Source: Nemertoderma westbladi
Lineage: Eukaryota; Animalia; Xenacoelomorpha
NCBI GenBank assembly: GCA_032718475.1
Contig: JAUCBJ010005776.1
Coordinates: 1-42,434 of the forward strand
Length of the DNA stretch: 42,434 bases
Direction of reading: 5' to 3'
Shown here: piece after piece, positions 35,573 through 42,434 of the stretch
Layout of the letters: each line of letters starts with the position of its first letter
How positions within the stretch are numbered: the first letter of the stretch is position 1
The notes under the pieces: model-generated
Database searches by the model: none
What the model saw: only the letters and a program-made list of their open reading frames with translations
Told to the model about the DNA's origin: nothing
Position numbers and translations under genes: made by a program

Positions 35573-38446
35573 GGTAACAGACGTTTCGGTCTAAGACGTT
35601 TTGGCCTAGGACGTTTCGGCCCAATGAATGAAATACAAGATTTGCTTGTCGGACGTTTTGGCCCAAAGATTCACTTTACTCCCTTAAATAAGCTATTAAT
35701 AATAAGTTATTCAATATATTTGTTTTGTAGTTGTTACGTTCGTTACAAGAGGAGCTGTCAGTAGGAACTGCTTCGACACCTGTGTGAAAGTCGTCAAGAT
35801 CAAAGTTCTACATTATATTTATAAATAATAACTAATGTAATATTATTATTATTATTTATTAATATAAATATACACCATACTGTAACTTAGAACAAAGATA
35901 ACATATGCTGACAAATCAACTTTAGTATTATGATGATGGGGTTTCCCCCATAAAAAAACATACGTATTTTAAAGTGTGAGTCAATAAATTAAGTACATTA
36001 AAATAAACCGAATTAAAATTATTACTGTATTTTAATGTTGGTCTTAAAAATATAATAGATAAGAAATATTCCATTATAGGAGCATTGCTAATAATTATGA
36101 CACAGACTGGATGTCATGGAATGAGATAAAATATATGCGTATTAAATTTAAATTTAGATGAAATATATGCGTATTAAATTTAAATTTAGATGAAATGAAT
36201 GCGCATTAAAAGGACCAGAGTGGATGTGAAGTGAAATAAAATATGTATTAATAAAAGCATTATACGTCGTTATCTATCAGTATAAATCAAAATCATCTAT
36301 CATCGAAGATGAGAGTTATTGTTTCAACAGATCATTAAGACATAGCTGCCCTGCAATACACTGTCCAGCTACAAGAATTATCAATTGAGTAATGTTTAAA
36401 GTTTATGAAGTATCTCCAAAATATATCGATCAGACGAGATTTAAACCCGACATGGTTCGTGAAATTGATTCACTTTGGTAGTACTGTATATTAGCAATGT
36501 GGTACTCGAGACCAATAGATTTGTTCTGACTTGCATTTTTTTGGCCGCATAACATAATTGTTGGCGAATTGTTTATGAAACCAGAGCACCACTTCCCTAA
36601 TGTTTATTTTATTTTGAAATAAAGGTAAATTAAATAGCCATTTCATGAACGATATTTTATTAAGTGTTTGTATGTTATTGTGAAATAATTATAATTTTAA
36701 TGAATAATTATTATCATATCAAACAAGTTGGCATTTTCATTCAGTTACAGTCATGGGCCGAAACGTCCGGGCCGAATCGTCCGGGCCGCAATGTCCTGGA
36801 CCGAAACGTCCTAGGCCGAAACGTCTGTATACCACAAATCACAATCACAAATCGTGCGATGTGTGAAATGTTATCCCGATCCGTAACTGGGAAACGGCCT
36901 CGAAAAGCAGTTTACTCTGCTAAGGGTATAGGCCTGCTATATGACATTAATTTATGTTTAATATTGAGATAATATTGTTGTTATTGATTTTAAATATCAT
37001 AAACTTTGTATTAAATGTGTGTAACGACTGCATTATTATATTATAATTATTTAACTCATTGAAACAACGTACAGGACCGATGTACCGGTACAGTATATTA
37101 AATTTCCCAACATTAACGAACTACCGGTACCAAATCTGACCTACCTATAGCATAGGCCTATGGATACAGATGCTAACACTTTCGAAGCTTGTCCGAAACC
37201 GGAAACCGACTTCGCCGATACTATATGGTACTACATGATTCTCGTGCCGCTAACCATACCAGTAACAATATTCTTCGTTTTACTCAATTGGCTGGGATTC
37301 AAGTTTTTTAGGCACAACTAAATTGATTTTAATACCATCACGAATTTTGTTTGAAATAATTTTGCAAAATTGAGGATATGAAGAGTTTGTAAATATAGGA
37401 TTTTTGAGGAATATTAATTAATATTTTAGCTCATCAATCAATTAATATGCTTTACATAATAACTATCGGTATTCGGTATAGAAGAAATTGACAGATTGAA
37501 CGACAACAATGGAATTCCATAAGTTGATAAGCGCGGTATCCAAATCCACCGCATTACGGAGACCCCCTAGACTTCGGGGATTGATCTGACAATAAATAAA
37601 GTACATTAAAATACACCGAATTAAAATGATTACTGTATTTTAATGTTGGTCTTAAACATATAATATATTCGAAATATTCCATTAAAGGAGCATTGCTAAT
37701 AATTATGAGACAGACTGGATGTCATATGGAATGAGATAAAATATATGCGTATTAAATTTAAATTTAGATGAAATATATGCGTATTAAATTTAAATTTAGA
37801 TAAAATGTATGCGTATTAGAAGCACCAGAGTGGATGTGAAGTGAAATAAAATATGTATTAATAAAAGCATTATACGTCGTTATCTATGGGTATAAATCAT
37901 CTACCATCGAAGATGATAGTTATTGTTTCAACAGATCATTAAGACATAGCTGCAATACACTGTCCAGCTACAAGAATTATCAATTGAGTAATATTTAAAA
38001 TTAATGAAGTATTTCCAAAATATATCGATCAGACGAGATTTAAACCCGACATGGTTCGTGAAATTGATTCACTTTGGTAGTATTGTATATTAGCAATGTG
38101 GTACTCGAGACCAATAGATTTATTCTGACATGCATTTTTTCGGCCGCATAACATAATTGATGGCGAATTGTCTATGGAACCAGTGCACCACTTCCCTAAT
38201 GTTTATTTTATTTCGAAATAAAGGTAAATTAAATAGCCATTTTATGCAAGATATTTTATTAAGTGTTTGTATGTTATTGTGAAATAATTATAATTTTAAT
38301 GAATAATTATTATCATATCAAACAAGTTAGCCTTTTCATTAAGTTACAGTCATGGGCCGAAACGTCCGGGCCGAATCGTCCGGGCCGAAATGTCCGGGCC
38401 GAAACGTCCTGGACCAAAACGTCCTAGGCCGAAACGTCTGTATACC
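35573..38446. mobile_element. Composite non-autonomous Mutator-like (MULE/foldback) element
   Basis: Termini ggtaacagacgtttcgg / ccgaaacgtctgtatacc, subterminal 15-bp repeats ggccgaaacgtcc, TSD ttccaggtg(g) at 35563-35572 and 38447-38456; ~35990-36832 is duplicated at ~37595-38446. Confidence 0.85.
37160..37321 (+). CDS. PIGY: PIG-Y-like small membrane protein (GPI-GlcNAc transferase subunit Y) ORF or terminal exon carried in the MULE
   Basis: MDTDANTFEACPKPETDFADTIWYYMILVPLTIPVTIFFVLLNWLGFKFFRHN*; the C-terminal LxPxTIPV..FF....W.G.K.FRHN signature matches PIG-Y as I recall it; below the ORF-track size cutoff. Confidence 0.8.
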   Translation: MDTDANTFEACPKPETDFADTIWYYMILVPLTIPVTIFFVLLNWLGFKFFRHN

Positions 38447-39577
38447 TTCCAGGTGGCATCCATTTTTGATAGAGCTACCCAAGCCTTTGCTTTCCTAACT
38501 TCTATGTCCTTTTTGCTACTCTCTATCCATGATCCAAGGTACTGGAAGTCATCGACCTTCCTTAGTTGATTATTATCAATGGTTGTCAAGTTTCCATCAA
38601 CATTAAAGGTCATGAATTCGGTCTTGGTCGCATTTATATGCAATCCAACCTCCTTAGCAGCCCTCTCCACTTTATTTAGTAGAAGCTGTGCATCTGCTAG
38701 CGTATTAGAAAGCAGGGCGATGTCATCCGCAAAGTCGGTGTCTGTGACTGTAGTTGCCGGATATCTACTACTTCTGCGTTCTTGAAGTGTGAATCCCAGA
38801 TCTTCACCGTTTGTGGCCGTCCTCATTGCGTAATCCAGCACAATTACAAATAGTAATGGTGCTAATGTGTCACCTTGCAGTCCGCCAGCCAAGATTGAGA
38901 AAAACTCAGTTTCACCATCTGGTGAGAGTACCTGCGCTTCTGTGTCACAAAATAACAATCCAATGCCAGCAACAAGTACTTCTGGTATTCCATAAGCCCT
39001 TAGGATTTCAAGCATTTTACCTCTATGGATGGAGTCGAATGCCTTCTTGAAGTCCATAAAAGTCATGACTGCGGGGAGATTCTTTGACTTAATTCCATTC
39101 AATCAGTCTCCGTAGTGCAAGTATCTGAGCTATTGTTGATCTACTTGGTCGAAATCCGTTTTGGCTCTTACGCAGTAGTTTCTCTATGTGAGGCCTAATC
39201 CTATATAGAATCATTTTATTGTATATTTTGGCAGCTACCACAAGCAGACAGATCCCACGATAGTTTGTTGGTATGCCGAGATCTCCATTCTTGGGGAGAG
39301 GCTTTAGTTGACCTTTAGTCCAAATTGGTGGTGGCTTTCCCCTTTTAACATCCGGTTGCAAACATTCAATAATGGTCAATAATGGTCTGTTTAGCACTCC
39401 GGTTTTCCATACCTCCGCTGGGATTTCGCATCTAATCCACTCGCTTTATTATTGGACATGCTTTTAATGCTTCTTTGGAGTTCGGCAGGTGTGAAGTCCC
39501 CTGTTTCTATAGGTAGTGTCTTGTCATGTATTTTCCTTGTAGGGCTGACCTCGATGTTTGGTGGCTGCCCAAGCAAG
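38447..39577 (-). pseudogene. 5'-truncated RTE-like non-LTR retrotransposon reverse transcriptase, frameshifted
   Basis: KASGLD, KNGDL...NYRGI, QNGFRPSRST, FMDFKKAFDS, QGDTLAPLLF, FADDIALL, YLGS across three frames. Confidence 0.92.
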
Positions 39578-39734
39578 TTACAGTATGTGAAAATTTTAAC
39601 ATCCTATACAGTAGTAGACAAATGACTGTTTTGTTAACGATAACGTCATATTAACTTGATAACGATTACTGATATTTACTATAAAAATCAACAATTTCTT
39701 TGTAATATGCAAGCACAAACCATAGTACAGTATA

Positions 39735-41130
39735 CAGTCCCAATCCCAATAAACATTAACTTGGTCGTTTTGGCGGCCAAAATGACCAAAATCGCCAAAA
39801 AAATGTAGTGTATTCCTATGGGCTACTTGGTCGTTTTGGCGAAGCGATTTAACTCGACTCAGTCAAGTCCAGACAGCCCGTCTCCTTGGACATCCATTTG
39901 GTTGCTCTGACTAAATGTCGGCTCGCTTTCATTTTTATTATTGACAGATTGTTAACTTACCTGGAGCTGAGTCGGGCCTTTCAGTTGTAGTAGAGACCAC
40001 CCACTGAGGCATTGATACAGCACAGGCTAATTCGTAATAAGGGAGTTAGTTGAATGCGGCTTTGTTAAAAGGAGGAGTATGTATAATAATCGGATTTTGT
40101 GTGTTATTATTAGATAATCACTTCTCACCTTTTCCTTTGTGTAGCTTAAGTTTAGAGTCATTATGAAATAGCAACGTGTTCTGTATGCATGAAGGCGTCC
40201 TAATTAAGTTTTATAGTTAGAAGCTGGGTCTGTGACAGGGCGAGAGGTAGCTATTAAATAGCGACACTCAGTCTCGAACGAGTTCGGTATACTGATGAAA
40301 TTCAGATTAGACGGCGCGGCCTATTTCTAGTAGCTGGGTCTGAATTCGAGGGCGATAGTAACTGAAAACATTATAATATCAGGCTCTGTGCTAACAGTCA
40401 ACAGAGTCGGCATATTTGGGTGAATTTATGATGATGTAATTATTATTTATCGAGACAGGGGGGAGGGGGGGGACGGGGGACTGGACGCAAAACTCGCCTT
40501 GGCGAATTAATATCCCGCCTCAATGTTAAATTCTCAATTTAGGGAAAGGAGCAGGTTATAGTGGCATATATAGCCCCCCCCCCCTAACTGTATTTATGAG
40601 AGCATTTATATTATAGCGAACTAAACAGCTAAATAAAGAAAAATCTATGTAAAGTACTTTTATCATATTTTAAAGAATTTTTACAAATTAAATATATGAA
40701 CTTGTTATTTTTATTACCTATCGAATAGAATTAAAGTAAATAATTAATTATTACGCTGGAAGTGCTAGCACAGTAGCACACTGCTTATAACCTAAGTGAC
40801 AGGTAAAGGTGTGTTAATTATTAGATTAGTAAAAAATATGTAGAAAATAATAAGTTAGGGCGCCCGCCTCACACTGCACTCTTACAGGCATGTTTACTAC
40901 AGTGGCGAGCCCAGCCATTACTACACTGGAGCATTTCTCTCTACCTAAAGGTATAGAGAACTCTACCTCAGAACTCTACATCAGCGCCAACATGCTGGGC
41001 TTTACTTACACTCAGCCTGTATTCACTGGCTGTGATTGACAAGCCAACGTGCCTCAGCAGTTCCTTTCATGAATACCGCAGTTTTTACTTGGCCATTTGA
41101 CCAAGTTAATGTTTATTGGGATTGGGACTG
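39735..41130. mobile_element. Non-autonomous Tc1/mariner-pogo-type DNA transposon
   Basis: Perfect ~32-bp TIR cagtcccaatcccaataaacattaacttggtc / gaccaagttaatgtttattgggattgggactg with TA on both sides. Confidence 0.85.
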
Positions 41131-42120
41131 TAATTACGTTATAGTACTGTAGATAGACCTGTCTGTATCCCAGTCATTAATTAATGAAACACACTACCGA
41201 ACTGAAATTTAGGTTATGGGAGATTTCCTGGTCTGTGATTTCATTAGCGATGTTAGTTTTAACGTTTCTTCCTTACTGGCAGTCTGTCTGTTTATCTGAC
41301 AATCTGTCCGTCTGTCAGTCGAAATTTAGGAAAGGACACAACCTCGCTAAAATTTAAAACTAACAAAACAATAGATAGTAGGACTAAACCCAATATTTGG
41401 ATCCTGAAACCAAAAGGAAATTTATTGAATGTTGTTATTCTTTTTTAAGCGAAGTAGCCCGTCTAAATTAGCGGAAGAAGTTCTCGTATCACTGAGGAAT
41501 AGTTGATCCGTAAAATAGATGAAAGGTTGAGATGTGATGAACACCCATTCCCAACACAATAGAGGATACCCGACGCTGCTCCTGTTAAACACCTGATGCT
41601 GCCTTACTCAATGTTAAGTAATTTAGTGTTATCGAATATTTATTACGTACACCAGAGAGCCGCTTAACAACATAAACCAATATCCTGAATATTGAGTTCC
41701 ATTTTTGACTTCGCCTTGCAGACACTAAAGTTGCAATTACTTTTGAATGTGTGAGTGGATTTGCTCAAATTACTTACAGTATTGCAAACCTTTTCTACGT
41801 CGATGCTCTTTCAACACATGTAATAAAATTTAAGAAAATCCACCAAAATATTTTATTTTATTTTTCGCCGGGATAAAAGTAAAATCATTGCAATCCTATG
41901 GAAGGATTACTTTTTTCGCCTAAGAAAAAAGTGCAACTTTTTATCCTCCAATAACTCTTGATCAAGCTCTACTGTAGTTGGTGTACCAGAACCATATGAA
42001 ATATTTTAAAATACGTAATATAAGTACAGGTAATGACAAATGAAAAGCATGTGTGTATTACAGGTGAAAGTGTCATGCGTTACACATGTTAATCACATGC
42101 ATAATCAATGCCCTACATGT

Positions 42121-42292
42121 GTAAGATAAGAAATGATTCGCAATGGTACTGAATCATATGCGTAAATAAGATAGGATTCGTATTGTAACTACAGTAATGA
42201 TCTGAATCTTATGCGAAAAGACTGTAAGATAGGATTTGCATTCAAACCTAATGCTCTGAATCACAAACGTAAGACATGATTCGCATGATAAT
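42121..42292. repeat. Degenerate ~50-bp tandem repeat (~4 copies)
   Basis: taagataggattcg...ctgaatc recurs with variable middles. Confidence 0.5.
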
Positions 42293-42434
42293 CGCCTGTC
42301 GCATCACATTCTATTCGCAAGGGTATTTCTCACAGGGATACACTGTATGTAGAGTATTCTATCTCTTTTGGCTTCTTCCTCTGATCGTGGGCGGTCCAAA
42401 GCTGTACTACTGTAGCTTTGTATAGTTGAGGACC

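Noticed and set aside
35352-35666. 104-aa ORF, and the GRFGP C-terminus of ORF 38350-39102
   Set aside because: Chimeric read-through between MULE terminal repeats and LINE sequence, not real proteins.
36754-36832. ggccgaaacgtc repeats as hammerhead ribozyme cores
   Set aside because: No CUGANGA core upstream; they are subterminal TIR repeats.

Overview
AT-rich, repeat-dense eukaryotic (probably marine invertebrate) genomic DNA made almost entirely of mobile elements and satellites; no intact conventional host gene is evident. Main components: (1) several MITE/foldback-type elements, a SINE fragment and a 27-bp G-rich satellite in the first 8 kb; (2) a 6.5-kb non-autonomous BEL/Pao-like LTR retroelement (8130-14641, 5-bp TSD ATACA) whose pol region appears replaced by purine-rich tandem repeats; (3) a decayed Maverick/Polinton (adintovirus-like) endogenous virus from ~16.2 kb with a minus-strand module of RING-like gene, packaging ATPase, adenovirus pX-like protein, retroviral-type integrase, two tandem minor capsid genes, core-like protein, major capsid, adenain-like protease and DEDD nuclease-like gene, with no recognisable polB and no right terminus; (4) a divergently oriented ~2.6-kb Pro/Thr/Ser mucin-like repeat frame missed by the ORF track; (5) a 68-bp satellite; (6) an RTE-like LINE split by a composite Mutator-like element (9-10-bp TSD) that carries a host-like segment with an open PIG-Y-like ORF, i.e. 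an apparent animal Pack-MULE; (7) a Tc1/mariner-type non-autonomous element. All assignments come from reading motifs by eye, not from database searches.
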